DNA of 64,000 nt from Octopus sinensis (lineage: Eukaryota), in assembly GCF_006345805.1 (NCBI RefSeq), contig NC_043011.1, positions 28,656,464 through 28,720,463 on the forward strand, read 5' to 3'. A program made the translations under genes and the position numbers. This document shows, in pieces, positions 26,305 through 40,412 of this stretch. The notes under the pieces are model-generated. The model ran no database searches. It was not told the origin of the DNA and was given only the letters and a program-made list of their open reading frames with translations. Positions within the stretch are counted from its first letter, which is position 1, and each line of letters starts with the position of its first letter.

Positions 26305-26495
26305 CAGCAGCAGCAGCAACAGTAGTGTAGTAGTAGTAGTATAGTAGTGGTATGGTGGTGGTGGTGGTGGTGGTGGTGGTGTGGTGGTGGTAGTGGAAGT
26401 GGAAGTGGTTGTGGTGGTAGTGGTGGTGGTGTGGTGGTGGTGGTGTAGTGGTGGTGGTTTGGTTGGTCTTAGTAGTAGTAATAGTAGTAGTAGTT
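26245..26495. repeat. Compound (GTA)n/(GCA)n/(GGT)n microsatellite
   Basis: Read directly; a similar array lies at 33925-34195. Confidence 0.95.
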
Positions 26496-27142
26496 GGAAG
26501 CTGCTACATATTTTTTACTGTCTCTCTCCGCCGTAGTCATTGACATCATAATCCTCGTGATCGTCATCAACTTATCTGCTTTTTTCTAATCAATTATCTG
26601 CTTCTCTTTACTTCCTCGTCATACCCTGATCATAATCAACCTCCTCCTCCTCCGAGACAACATCAAGCTCCTTTTAATCATCGCCATTGTCAGCATTATG
26701 TTTTGTGCATCGAAAGATGGATATCATCTTCGTTCCTAAAACACTGTCGTTATCATGTCCAGCTACATTTATTCCGCTTTTGTAGCACGAATTCCATTTT
26801 TTTTTCTGTTTGTTTTCCGAATCACAAATTCATTGAAGCCTGTTTATAACTTCTGTCGGTAAAACGAATGAAAGACAAAACTCTGTTGATGAAACCCTAC
26901 CACTCTCAGCAAAAGAGCTTTCCTTCTGAGAACAATTGGAGTTTGTCTTAGTAATGTAAGAGCCACAAATACGCTACACAAAGCGGTGATGCGAGACAAA
27001 CCGTTGATCTCTTGATTAGTTCGTTCGGTACTCAGTCGACTCGGTATCTTATATATACGAAAGTCGATTATTATATTATATCCTATTGCATTAACACAGT
27101 GACCTAATAAAACTTATACTGATATATCTTAAATTTACGAAG

Positions 27143-27178
<36 letters not shown>

Positions 27179-27185
27179 ATATATA

Positions 27186-27350
27186 AGACCACCCGGAGAC
27201 CTCCACGACGGTGGAATTACGATTTCAGGAGGACGATTGGGATCACGTGGATGAGAAAGGCGCGATCCAGAGAGGAGTGGACAGCGTGCTGTGACCAGCG
27301 GTGTCAAATGGACGCCTGACGGACTGGTCGGTCAAAGTGATCAAAGTGAT
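27186..27350 (+). mobile_element. 3' end of an RTE-clade LINE
   Basis: Frame 27188-27319 reads TTRRPPRRWNYDFRRTIGITWMRKARSREEWTACCDQRCQMDA*, matching the RTE C-terminal pattern (GRP..RW.D...G..W...A..R..W), then a (CAAAGTGAT)2 tail. Confidence 0.7.
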
Positions 27351-27360
27351 ATATATATAT

Positions 27361-27431
<71 letters not shown>

Positions 27432-27524
27432 TAATAATAATAATAGGGAGTATAACTCCAAACTTACAGGGAAAAATTCAATTTAGTATTAAATCAAATT
27501 TCACAATATAAATATATAGTATAT

Positions 27525-27670
27525 AAATTAGAGATAAACCACTATTATACAATTCAAACAATGGTAGACACAAACCAAATCATAAATAAAAAATATAATT
27601 TATTTTTTCTTTATGATTTGGTTTATGTCTATCATTGTTTGAATTGCATAATAGTAGTTTTTCTCTAATA
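27525..27670. repeat. Foldback inverted repeat (~70-bp arms, ~5-nt loop) related to the element at 38586-38962
   Basis: ATTAGAGATAAACCACTATTAT...AAAAAATAT versus ATTTTTTCTTTATG...ATAATAGTAGTTTTTCTCTAAT. Confidence 0.75.
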
Positions 27671-27695
27671 TATAATTATATATATATATACATAT

Positions 27696-27774
<79 letters not shown>

Positions 27775-28439
27775 ATTATACATACATTTACCTTACATAC
27801 ATTTACCTTATATACATTTACCTTACATTTACGAAATAACAACATATATACATACACACACACATACATAATTCTTCATACATACATACATACGTATATA
27901 CGTACATACATATTGGTATATCACACATGCATGTTTTGTTAAGCTAACGCTGGTAGTAGCATGATTGAAGACACTTCGTTATATAATAACGTAGCACAAC
28001 GCTTTTGAGCTGATTATTCAGCAAATATTGTCACTTTTTAGTTCACTGCATTGTGCAATCCAATCATATATATATATATATATTCAGCTTTGATATGAAT
28101 ATTTTCTCTAACTGAATGTGTGATGTGTGGCGTGGTGTGAATGTAAAATATATGCTAAATACATAATACATACTTACATATGTGTAAGTGTGTGTGAGAG
28201 AGAGAGAAAGAGAGAGAGAGAGTCAGAGAGAGACATATAGCCATTGCTACGCTAATTAAATATTGATTGTGCAAGAAAGATGCCGAATCCTAAATGAACT
28301 GATATATAACCTACCTGTTCTAATTAGAATAACATTATATGAAAAAATAAATAAAATTGCTTACGTTATTGGCTCGTTAATATTGATTACGTGAAAGACT
28401 GACTTATATAAAGCGGTAGGAATTTTGTATTGGCAGTGA

Positions 28440-28534
<95 letters not shown>

Positions 28535-28606
28535 CATACATATATATATATATATATACATACATATATATATAGATATATATATATATATACATATATA
28601 TACATG

Positions 28607-28677
<71 letters not shown>

Positions 28678-28741
28678 ATATATATATATACATACACATA
28701 TATATATATACATATATATATATAATATATATTATATATAT

Positions 28742-28790
<49 letters not shown>
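28440..28790. repeat. (TA)n-rich microsatellite (one of many)
   Basis: Read directly. Confidence 0.95.
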
Positions 28791-29201
28791 TAATTGGTTC
28801 TTTTTGTCATAGTTTCCGAATCTGGCTTCAGATAAAATGCTTAGGTATATTTTTGTAATCAAAATCAATTCAGTAACGTTGGAAAAGACGTAGTGACTTT
28901 TATTTTGTAAAGAAACTTGATATGGATAATCACACTTGCACCAATTATTGAAGTTTGAATTGAAATTAAAATAAATCTAAATCTGAAGAACAGGGGTCAA
29001 AATGGCTACTGTGCAGCTTTACCAACGAATTCCAGTACGTTAATCGATTGACAGATAAATCTTGTTTCTTCACTCCATCGAATAGAAAGTTGGCCTATCG
29101 CAGATACCCTTTTTCTTCTTGTGGAAGTGAACCCAGTATAAGTAAAGAACAAAGTACGCGTTAGACTCGCAGTGCTCCAACTGCTTACACCGGTGATATA
29201 C

Positions 29202-29252
<51 letters not shown>

Positions 29253-29454
29253 CGTGTGTGTATGTGTGTGTGTGTGTGCGTGTGTGCGTGCATGTGTGTG
29301 TGTGTGTTTTCATTCGGTTTCCTTGTATGCTTCTACTGTCCTGTTTTTTTCCCAACTTTGAACCTCCATAAATCCAAAATGACCTTCATTTATACCTTGT
29401 GTGTGTATGTATATATATATATATATTATATATATATATTAATATTTATATATA

Positions 29455-29485
<31 letters not shown>

Positions 29486-29502
29486 GTCTATATATATATA
29501 TT

Positions 29503-29625
29503 GGCCTGCTCGCTTAGCCAGCGGGGTGGCGTCATTTGAAGGCTAAAACAATGCGAAGCGCATTGTGACCAGCGTTGTGTACCAACATCTGATAACCTGG
29601 TCGGTCACGGTGATCACGGTGATAT
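29503..29625 (+). mobile_element. SINE5 3' fragment with RTE-like tail
   Basis: ...GCGCATTGTGACCAGCG...CTGGTCGGTCACGGTGATCACGGTGAT-(AT)n. Confidence 0.75.
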
Positions 29626-29982
29626 ATATATATATATAGTGATGGTATTATATAATATAGACAACGTATAAATAATGACCATTACATATTTTTCTTTATT
29701 GTAACAAATTTGACTTACATCCGTTACCAGTAGTCATAGGTTTGAACCTATAATGACTACTGGGTACAGGTTGCCTTGTATACCACACTGTCTAAAATCC
29801 TGTATAACTGGAGAATAGGCATATGTTTTCAATATAGAATGGTGATGAACTATAAGCTCGGGCCCTGCCTCAAGAATATTTGGAATTCTGTACTAATCAA
29901 AATAATATTGTTAGTCTGGTGTAATAACAGAGAGCTTATAAAGTATTTTGCCCGGATTGATAATCACTCACTAATAACTCTG

Positions 29983-30042
<60 letters not shown>

Positions 30043-30424
30043 GTACTTGGAGAAGAAGAAGAACGGAACGAAACGAACGAATCGAATCGAATCGACGCGA
30101 GGGCGCTGTCAAACAATAGTGTAATAAATAAAATATATGCATACATACAAACATATATGTACGTAACTACATCTATATGTACATATACATGTGAGTATGT
30201 GTGTTTGTGCGCGTGTTTGTGCGTGTGCGTGTGTGTGTATACTATTTTATTGAACTTGAAAAATCTTCACAAACCATAATTCGGACTCATGTTACATACC
30301 ATTGTTATAATGCCGATTAGTAATACAGACTACATATATGTGGGTGCGTTTGTGTGTGAGTGTATGTGTGAGTGTAGTGTATGTGTGTGTGTGTGTAAAA
30401 GTTTTTATATGCAAGCAAAAGACT

Positions 30425-30690
30425 ACATGTATGTATGTATGTATGTATGTATGTATGTATGTATGCATGTATGTATGCTTGTATGTATGTATTATGTATG
30501 TAGGTATGCATGTATGTATGTATGCTTGTGTGTATGTATTATGCATGTATGTATTTAAGTATGCTTGTATGTATGTATGTATGTATGTATGTATGTATGT
30601 ATGTATGTATGTATGTATGTACATGTATGTATGTATGTATGTATGTATGTATGTATGTATATATGTATGTAATGTATGCTTGTATGTATT
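30425..30690. repeat. (TATG)n microsatellite
   Basis: Read directly; similar arrays at ~14780, ~16600, ~51080 and ~53200. Confidence 0.95.
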
Positions 30691-33330
30691 GCTACAATCC
30701 AGCTGTCACAAAATAATGAAGTCGTAAAACTTAATACCGTCAGCAATAAATCAGTTACATAAAAGATTAGACTAATAAGCATATTCCGTTGATTCCCTCT
30801 CACAATTTATTGGTGTTCAGCCGCATTGATCTATTGGCAGGCTGGGTGGGGACATTTCGATATTTACAAATAAATGAAGAACATATGGGATTTCGAGTTC
30901 CACTTAGACGAAATCCTAACATAGTATAAACAATTTCAAGTATATGAAATCTCTTTAAACTGTTTGCTTAGCCAATATTTCAAACAAAGGTTTACGAATA
31001 ACAGCCGTGTAGCTTTTTACTGGCGGGTTTCTTTTTTTTTTTTTTTTTGCATTGACGCAAACAGTTATCAACTGCAAACATATATTTATGTGTGGGGGTT
31101 GGGGATATGTGAGTGTACAAAATATGTATGTGTTTACACGAATATGTGTGTGCGTATGTATTCGCATTTGTATGGACACACCCATAAATACAGAGCAAAA
31201 AGCCTTTTTTTCTGAAGAGCACTTTTAGACAATAATTTATGTAGATAACGTCTTTATCGCATTGCGTGTTAGAGAACTAAAAGCTCCATTAATTTTGAGT
31301 GCGTGATACACATTAAAATGTATAGAAGTGATTGTCTCCAATGAAACAGATTTTGTCAAGTAATGTACGTTGCTTTGCTCTCTATGGGTTAGTTAACATT
31401 CTTCTAGTGGTATTTGTCTTTACTGCAAACAAAAGAGTTAGTAATATTATCTTATGTCAGAATCTTTTTTGTTGTATTATTTTGTTGTATAACATTCAGT
31501 GCAACGGAAACAGCAAGCGTCAAACTAAATTCAATACATTATTGATTCTCTCTCCCTCAACCTATCTAACAAGCTGTCTAGAATATGTGTTTGCAATGCC
31601 ACTTCTGAAATCATTAGAGTAAGAACTAGTAATGTTCTAGGGTCTCTTCAATCAACCATACCACTAATGATTCATTTACAAAAGATTTCAAAGTTTCCTT
31701 TAAAAAAAAAGATTATTTACGAATCGATGAGGAAATCTTCATGCGGTCACTCAACTTGCAAATCAATACAGCAAAATCACCATCAAATTTGACCCTAATC
31801 TTTTAACAGCAAGCAGGAGATATTGCATAACAGAAACCTAGTTATACTGTACACGAAATAACAGTCGAATAGTCATGGCTAGAAAGCTTTTCATTATCGG
31901 TCTATTAGATGTGTGCTTTCCTGGAGCTATAACCAATATCATCGTTGTAGTAATAACTCAAACGATACTCAAGGCAACTCAGATGGACGCGTAGCTTCAA
32001 ATAAGCTTTGGAGCCCACGCACTCAATTACCACTATATACCTTTTAAAATATCACAACTTCAATTTCTTTTCCATTAATATATAATGCATGTGTACGAAG
32101 TAAAAAGAAACAGATCTTGTAACGGCAAGAAATATACATCCTGCAAAAAGAGTTCGTGAGATATTAAACCAATTCTCTTGGGCTGCGACTAACTGGCTTG
32201 GAAAGAAAAGTATGGATGCCACTAGTTCGTGGCAAATAATCACATTGATAAGAAACAAGTCGTTTTTCTTCGTGGTGAGATCCAATCCTGTCAGTGTTGA
32301 TTTATCATTTCGTAGATCTGAGATAAAATTTTAAAACAATAGACACGAGCAGAGATAGATTCAATTTACAATATTCTTCTTTGAGTGGAGTACTGGGCCA
32401 ATATTAGAAAATCCTTTGAAGGCAGCAAGTTGACAGAATCGTGAGTATGCCGGGCAAAATGCTTAGCGGCATTTCGCTGTCTTTATGTTCTGAGTTCAAA
32501 TTCTGCAGAGGACGACTTTACCTTTCATCCTTTCGGGGTGGATAAAAAAGTACCAGTTGAGCACTGGTGTCAATTATTCGACTTAGCCCCTCCTCCGACA
32601 TCGCTGCCACAATTTGAAACCAGTATTAGAAAAACTATTAATAAAGCTAGTAAGTGATATTTATGGTTGTGGATATGTGGGTGTTTGAGTGATTTTTATT
32701 CTTTTATTTTTTTCTTACTGTTTAGTCAAAAAAGGAAGTGCAACAAATACGATCCTTTAGATTTTAAGGGTCATTGAGGTTGCTTAGATAAAGGGAAAAA
32801 ATCATCTTCTTACCGAAGACATGATTTGAATGCTTGCTACAGTTACCCAAAACCCAGTGGCGGGCAACCGATTTTGGTCTACCACATAAGTCTAACATAG
32901 AGAGCAGAAATAGCGCATGCTATCTAGTCCAAGGCTCTCAAGCTTCTGTCAGTTCATTTCCCTCGACTGGTTATAAATTGTATTGACCGTAAAAGAACAG
33001 AAGGCAAAGATGGTCTTGGTGGGATTTAAACTCACGGCACATCCAGCCAGAACAAATATCGCGAAAGTATAATACATGCAACCAAACCATCCATACTTAT
33101 TGGTGATTGATTGTTGGCTGTATTATACTTGAACATGCAGCGATCTGACAGAACCGTTAGCACGCGTGGCATTGCTTCCGTCAAATTCCCCAGAGGTCAG
33201 TTTTGATTTTCATCTTCTGTGAGAAGAGAGCTATGAAATAAGCACCCGTTAAGTTCTGGGGTTGATATGATCGACAAGCTCCTCCACTTTTCCCAGCCCT
33301 TGTGCCTACATTATTATTATTATTGTTATT

Positions 33331-33981
<651 letters not shown>

Positions 33982-33999
33982 GGTTTTGGTGGTAGTAGC

Positions 34000-34041
<42 letters not shown>

Positions 34042-34057
34042 TGTGGTGGTGGTGGTT

Positions 34058-34095
<38 letters not shown>

Positions 34096-34163
34096 TGTGG
34101 TGGTGGTGGTGGTGGTGGTGGTAGTGGTAGTGGTGGTGGTGGTGGTGGTGGTGGTGGTGGTTT

Positions 34164-34195
<32 letters not shown>

Positions 34196-34422
34196 AAGGC
34201 GGCCAGTTGGCAGAATTGTTAGGACGCTGGACGAAATGCTTAGCAGTGTTTCGCCCGTCGCAAACGTTCTGAATTCAAATTCCATCGAAGTTGACTTTGC
34301 CTCTCTTCCCTTCGGGGTCGATGAAATAAGTACCAGTTGAACACTGGAGGTCGATGTAATCCAGTGTTCCCTCCCCCAAAATTGCTGCCCTTATGCCAAA
34401 ATTTGAAACTGTTATTATTATT

Positions 34423-34907
34423 GAGTGAGCGAGCAGAGCATGCCATCAAAGTGACACTGGGGTAAAATATACGAAGCCCAGTATACCCATCATGACTACC
34501 CGTCTAATAAGGGTACACCAGGCACATGCATCACAACCATATGTGCGCGACATGGTGATCTCATATCAAGATAAACAGCACATGACCTTGCAGGTGGGGC
34601 CCAGTTAGAATTTTCTTCAGGTTGAGTAGCCCATCCCGCTCGAAAGGTCCTGAATAAGGGTGTTTAAGGATGTTGAAAGAACCCACCATGTTTCCAGAGG
34701 TGAATTATTCAAACCCCAAACAATCCCTCTCAACACATGGTTATGATGCTCCCCCACTACTTCTGCTCGTGATCAGAGATGCACATATCGTCAGCCACTA
34801 AGGGACATGCTCAACTGGTTAAGGTCAAACAACTGACAAGCAAATCTGTGGATTGAGCAGAATATTTGCTGTAGCCCATCTTTTATACCAAGACAAACAA
34901 TGTACAT
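34423..34907. mobile_element. Same element, copy 2, truncated next to the R4/Dong insertion
   Basis: Direct repeat of 33331 to ~33815. Confidence 0.75.
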
Positions 34908-34921
34908 TACTATTATTATTA

Positions 34922-35820
34922 TTCAGTAGTTTATTTTTATAGCGTGCTTTCACTTCACTACCGAGCGCAGCTCTGTGTGCCTTGGGTATGTGCTGTGATT
35001 TGTTGTGATGCTCTGATGGTTATTGTATGGAAAGTGTTCTGCGTAGGATAGGTGTGCAGTGCCTAGTAGTGCAATTTTCTGTATGTTATATGTGTTTGTA
35101 AGTCCTGGTGTTTTTGTTATGTATTTGTCTGAATATTTTTTATCATGGCCTAATGCACCTACTATGATAGGAATTGTTTCTGTTTTCAGGTTCCACATTC
35201 TAGTTACCTCTATTTCCAGGTCTTTGTATTTTGAGAAGTTTCTCCATTTCTTTTAGAGACACGTTGTCATCTGCCGGTATTGATACATCAATTAGAAAGC
35301 ATTTTTTTTCTTCATGATCTCTGACAACTATATCTGGTGTGTGCCTATACCATCTTTTTTCTGTTGTTATTCATAAGTGGCAGCTTCCATGTATGTAGGT
35401 TCCTTTCCAACTCTGTCATGTCTGTGAATATATTCCTTCTTAGCCAGGACTGGGCAGCTAGAGATAATATGATTTATTGTTTCTTGTCCATCTCCACATA
35501 TCTGCAGTTACTTGTAATATTTCTTTTCATTACATGTTTTTGGTAATTTCTGGTGGGGAGGCTTTGGTCTTGTGCTTGCAATTAAAAATCCCTCTGTTTC
35601 TGCTTTGAGTCCTGAGCTTCTCAACCATTGCTGGGATTTTTCTTTGTCTATTTCTTTTGCGTTTAGTTTAGTGCAGTATTTACCATGAAGGGGCTTTTCT
35701 TGCCATCGTTTTATCATGGCTCGTTGCTGTTCTATTTTTAGTTTGGATTTCATTTGTTTTATAGCTTTTGTTGTTTCTTCATCATCTTCTTCTTCTTCTT
35801 TGTGTTTATTAGGTGGTATG
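34922..35820 (-). mobile_element. 5'-truncated R4/Dong-clade non-LTR retrotransposon (restriction-like endonuclease), frameshifted
   Basis: W..KPLHGKY, LKAETEGFLIA, CRICG..ETINHIISSCPVLA..EY..RH zinc motif, PDIV...IDVSIP.D.N nuclease motif and IPIIVGALG; (ATT)n on both flanks. Confidence 0.85.
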
Positions 35821-36140
35821 ATTATTATTATTATTATTATTATTTTATTATTATTATATTATTATTATTATTATTATTATTATTAGCATCCCTTCAGCTG
35901 TTACATGTGCAGTGTAATAAAATACAGTGACTCATATCTAAGCCTGTTTTCTTTCACTTCTTCACCATCACATAGGCGTAGTAGTGGCTGTATGGTAAGT
36001 ATAGGCATAGGAATGGCTGTGTGGTAAGTAGCTCACGTACCAATCACGTTTCCAGGTTCAGTCGATTTGCTCGACTAAAGGCAGTGCTCCTGCATGGCCA
36101 CCGTCAAATGACTGAAACAAGTAAGAGTAAAAAAGTATAT

Positions 36141-36255
<115 letters not shown>

Positions 36256-36261
36256 TATGAC

Positions 36262-36600
36262 AGTTCTCGTTCTGTTAACGTTTTGGCGTTCAGACGAGTA
36301 TACTGGTATTGATGCGGCAACATTTGAAATCTTGTCTAGGTGAATGCAGCTGATGAAGACTAATCAAATTTACGTTGTCAAACGTATTTGAAGAGTCAGA
36401 AACCGGTCCTGCTTTATCCAATTCTAGGTTGTCCATTTATCAGATGTTCTTCCTAGAGGTAAGACAAATTTTTTCATGTTTGTTGCACACATGCGTCTTT
36501 GCTAGAATATGCGCAGTGAAGCTATACAATAGCGTCGTATTTATTACGATTGCTATTTTCCAGTAAATATTGGTGCTTTGTGGTACCAATTATCTACTAT
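36262..36600 (+). mobile_element. ~335-bp hammerhead-containing non-coding element (solo pseudo-LTR or retrozyme-like), copy 1
   Basis: Same boundaries and roughly 90% identity (by eye) to 41245-41580; 5' hairpin CTCGTTCTG..CAGACGAG; ends in (TA)n. Confidence 0.8.
36346..36412 (+). ncRNA. Type I hammerhead ribozyme motif, GUC cleavage predicted after 36408
   Basis: GCAG-CTGATGA-A-GACT..long stem II..AGTC-A-GAAAC-CG-GTC^-CTGC; intact CUGAUGA/GAAA core; palindromic ACCGGT stem III. Confidence 0.75.
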
Positions 36601-36622
36601 ATCTTATATATATATATATATA

Positions 36623-36659
<37 letters not shown>

Positions 36660-37146
36660 CTCTCTTTCTCTTTTTCTCACTGTTACACGTTCTCTCTCAC
36701 ATCATATGTTAATTTTTCCTTGTATTTCAGCTCTTAAATTTGTCATTTGTCAACTTATCCTATATATATATATTTTTTTTTTTTTATCGCTGTTAGTTAT
36801 TTGTTCTTTTTTGAACATTGAAATCGTTCAACTCTGTTAAGTTTTGTCTTTGTCTAGTCTTACTTCGAAATGTTTGTTTTTATGTAGTCACCAATTGGAG
36901 ACGCGCGAGAAAGTTTTCAAGAGATATGCGTTAGAAGAAGGAAGTGAAGATATAGATCAGTTAACCGTGTTTTTACCATCTGTTCGCTTCCTTCAATCTA
37001 TAATCACAAACGAAAGTCATAATATTTCAAGACAGATGTGTGCGAGTTTATATGCATATCTGCTTGTATGAGTTTTATATTTACGTACACGCATACACAA
37101 ACACGCATACAAACACACATACACACACACATAAATATATATATGT

Positions 37147-37183
<37 letters not shown>

Positions 37184-38527
37184 CACTCTTTACTCTTTAC
37201 TCTTTTACTTGTTTCAGTCATTTGACTGCGGCCGTGCTGAAGCACTGCATTTAGTCGAGCAAATCGACCCCAGGACTTATTCTTTGTAAGCCTAGTACTT
37301 ATTCGAATAATTGTCACATATTATTTTACAGATATATATATATATATATCCTTTAACAAGAATAGCATTGACAGGCTTTGAAGTTTCGGCCAGCTAAGCC
37401 ATCATCGGACTGTGGTGCATCAAATCAATCTTGGCTCAATATAGTTTCTGTTGAGATAAAAAAAATTCCGAGATGTGTGGGGTTCAGTTGTGATGGGGTC
37501 GTTACGCATCAATAACAGAACCGATTCTTAAGGTTGATTTGAACTTCGCTAACAATAACCACAATAAACGACATTAAAAAACAAAAGCAATATTACAAGC
37601 AGGAAAATCACTCATCTTCTATAGCAATGCTTTGTGGATTAAGAAAAACACTAAAGAACCGTTTGATGTAAGAACGAGATCTAAGTACTCGGCAAATATA
37701 AGCGACTTTGTTGGCTTTTACTTATTAGAAGACTTACACAGCAAATTTTCATCCGCCTTAGATGGTTTATATAGAGATGATGATCGACTCTTACAAAGAA
37801 ACTATAACCCACAAAAACTAATAAATTTAAGAAAGAACTACACTACTTCTTTAAAAATTTAGGCTTCTCTATTACAGTAGAAAATCAATCAACTTCCTTG
37901 ATGTTTAACCTTTACCTTGAATCTAGTATTTATAAACCCTACAAAGAAGAGAACAAAAAGATTCGATATATACATAGGTAATCCAACCACTCCAAAAGCA
38001 TTTTTGTATATTTAATAAAGAACATATATCTAAGACTTTCTCCTTTATCTTCAATCGAAAAAGTACTAAATAAATACCAACTCTGTGGAACAAAGCTCTC
38101 GATATTAGCAGTTACAAGGAAAAAGAGCAATATACAAAAACAGCGAACCTCCCTTAATAAATAAAAATGTAAAATTAGAAAAAGAAAAATGATCTGGTTA
38201 ATCCCCCTTCAACATACTAGTCTCCACACTAATAGCCATATCATTTTTCAAATTACTGCAAAAACATTTCCACCCCAACCACGAGAACTACAAACTAATA
38301 ACTAAATTATCTCATTCCCTAACAAACAACTTTGAAAAAAAAACTACAGCCAACTACAACCACCAAAATGGACTAAAAGTGAAGACTTAAACCACATGCA
38401 TACTAACAACTGTGTTTATGGAAAACTTATAACATGCCCTTTTCAAAGAAATTGTCTCTCAAGCAATATTGTCACTAGCACAACGGTAACATGAACACCG
38501 ACACCAACTACTTATCTACTATATCCA

Positions 38528-38575
<48 letters not shown>

Positions 38576-38585
38576 ATATAATATA

Positions 38586-38962
38586 TATACAATATTAGGG
38601 AATAAATCCAAATTTACAAGGAAAAATCAGATTTAAGATTGAATCCATTTTATAATAAAATATTATATTATAATAAATTAGAGACAAAACCACTATTATG
38701 TAAATCAAACAAAGAAAGACTTAAGCCATACATAAAAAATTTATTAATTAAAATTTAACAAATGAATAACCACTACGATCGTTTCGTGTCAGCACATCTT
38801 AGACATCTTCAGGTGGTTTCTAAACCGTCTTAGCGAGTTATAAACTATGAAGTAGTGGTTATTCATTTGTTAAATTTTAATTATATAAATTTTTTATGTA
38901 TGGGCTTAAGTCTTTCTTTGTTTGATTTGCATAATAGTGGTTTTGTCTCTAATTTATTATTA
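38586..38962 (-). mobile_element. PLE pseudo-LTR with inverted terminal arm, inserted in (TA)n within the PLE ORF
   Basis: Arms 38669-38776 and 38852-38962 are reverse complements; hammerhead in between. Confidence 0.8.
38768..38818 (-). ncRNA. Minimal type I hammerhead motif
   Basis: AACCAC-CTGAAGA-TGTC(taagatgtgct)GACA-C-GAAAC-GATC-GTA^-GTGGTT; perfect 6-bp stem I. Confidence 0.7.
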
Positions 38963-39755
38963 TATATATATATATATATATAATATATATAGGATCTACA
39001 GCAAACTAGTTCAAGACACGGTACAACCAACGCGCACACACTTTTCGTAGCCCAAACTGGAAAAATGTTATCTCACTATCCATATATATATGGAGATTAA
39101 AACCAAAAAATACTCCGTTTAGAATCAACTGGAAAATAGTCTCATACGCACAACCATACCAAGGTAACAACAAACCCTACAACTTTGTACTAAGGAATTC
39201 TACCATATTTTTACGTTCAAGAGCCTAATTCTGAATCGCAATTCTGAACTAGTTTCTTTATGCAAGCAAAAAATCTTAAAAACACTAAAACATTTGAAAA
39301 TAGTTATTTTCTAACGGCTAAAATATATTTCACCAAATTCTCTCCTTCTACCTTCATCATAAACTATCCCAATAATATACATTTTTATGGCTTTAAACAG
39401 GCACTTAGGAATTATTTAAAATCTCCAACCAAAATCCTTCCAGATTTTTTTACATAAGTTCACAACCTAGATAGATACACCTAAATATATATTTTATACA
39501 AGGTAGTTTGAAGGCACTTTTTTTCATTTTCCCTTTTTAAAATTAACATTTTATATTTAAATATCTTAAATTTTAAATATTTAAATCGATTATTATTTTT
39601 ATTCATATTTTTATACATAAATAATTACGCATTTTTCATAATACCCCACTATGAACTTTTGTGCTTCGTTTTTCTTCTTTCCTTTTATCTCCTTATTCTT
39701 TGTCGTCATCTTATTAATATATACCAATCTCATTTTCCTTATTTTTTCCCTATTT

Positions 39756-39811
39756 GTCTCTGATGACGGAATATTCCATACTCGGAGATATCCCAGAAAC
39801 AGCTGTAAAAT
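39756..39811 (+). ncRNA. Degenerate hammerhead motif in the PLE 3' pseudo-LTR
   Basis: GTCT-CTGATGA-C-GGAATATTCC..GGAGATATCC-CA-GAAAC-AGCT-GTA^-AAAT; stem I has a mismatch; same stem III as 20638-20685. Confidence 0.5.
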
Positions 39812-40033
39812 TTTGAATTTCTTCCAATAATAATATTGTATACGACTTGAGATGTTTGCCTTGCCTTAATGTTTCCTGTCCTGTTTAACAATTATATATC
39901 CGCTGCGCCAGAAATTTGCAATAGCTCCATAACTACCTTCTCAGCTATAACCTTGGAGCCCCTGCAATTCGTTACACCAATTACCTAGCATACCAAATCG
40001 TTTAGATCCCCTGTGAAATAAACTACCATACTT

Positions 40034-40069
<36 letters not shown>

Positions 40070-40070
<1 letters not shown>

Positions 40071-40412
40071 TTTTACTTGTTTCAGTCATTTGACTGTGGC
40101 CATGCTGGAGCACCACCTTTAGTCGAGCAAATCGACTCCAAGACTTATTCTTTGGAAGCTTGTACCTATTCTATCGGTCTCTTTTGCCGAACCGCTAAGT
40201 TAGGGGGATGTAAACACACCAGCATCGGTTGTCAAGCGATCTTGGGGAGACAAACACAGACACACAAACATATACACACACATACATATATATATACATA
40301 TATACGACAGGCTTCTTTCAGTTTCTGTCTACCAAATCCACACACAAGGCTTTGGTTGACTCGAGGCTATAGTAGAAGACACTTGCCCAAGGTGCCACGC
40401 AGTGGGCCTGAA
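40070..40412 (-). mobile_element. SINE1
   Basis: Reverse-complement body and tail; head truncated. Confidence 0.88.

Larger units (their letters stand above)
37560..39900 (+). mobile_element. Decayed, 5'-truncated Penelope-like element (RT + GIY-YIG endonuclease + 3' pseudo-LTR), interrupted at ~38520-38990
   Basis: Fragmented frames: GKSLIFY..WIKK..FDV, VGFYLL..DGLYRDD (RT), IYKPY..IRYIH..SNH (thumb), CPFQRNCLSSNIV, GSTA..FKTRYNQ..HTF..SLSIYIW.LK (GIY-YIG); hammerhead-like motif at 39756-39811. Confidence 0.8.

Noticed and set aside
26136-26330. MNPW... as possible OPR exon 2
   Set aside because: No hydrophobic helix or Tyr; the frame runs into a (GTA)n array.
28387-28868. Long poly-IY, poly-CV, poly-HT and MYVC ORFs here and throughout the track
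   Set aside because: They are translations of (TA)n, (TG)n and (TATG)n microsatellites that lack stop codons.
37385-37432. Minus-strand CCGATGA-TGGC..GCC-GAAAC-TTC hammerhead-like remnant
   Set aside because: Helix III and stem I do not pair; at best a dead copy, so not counted.
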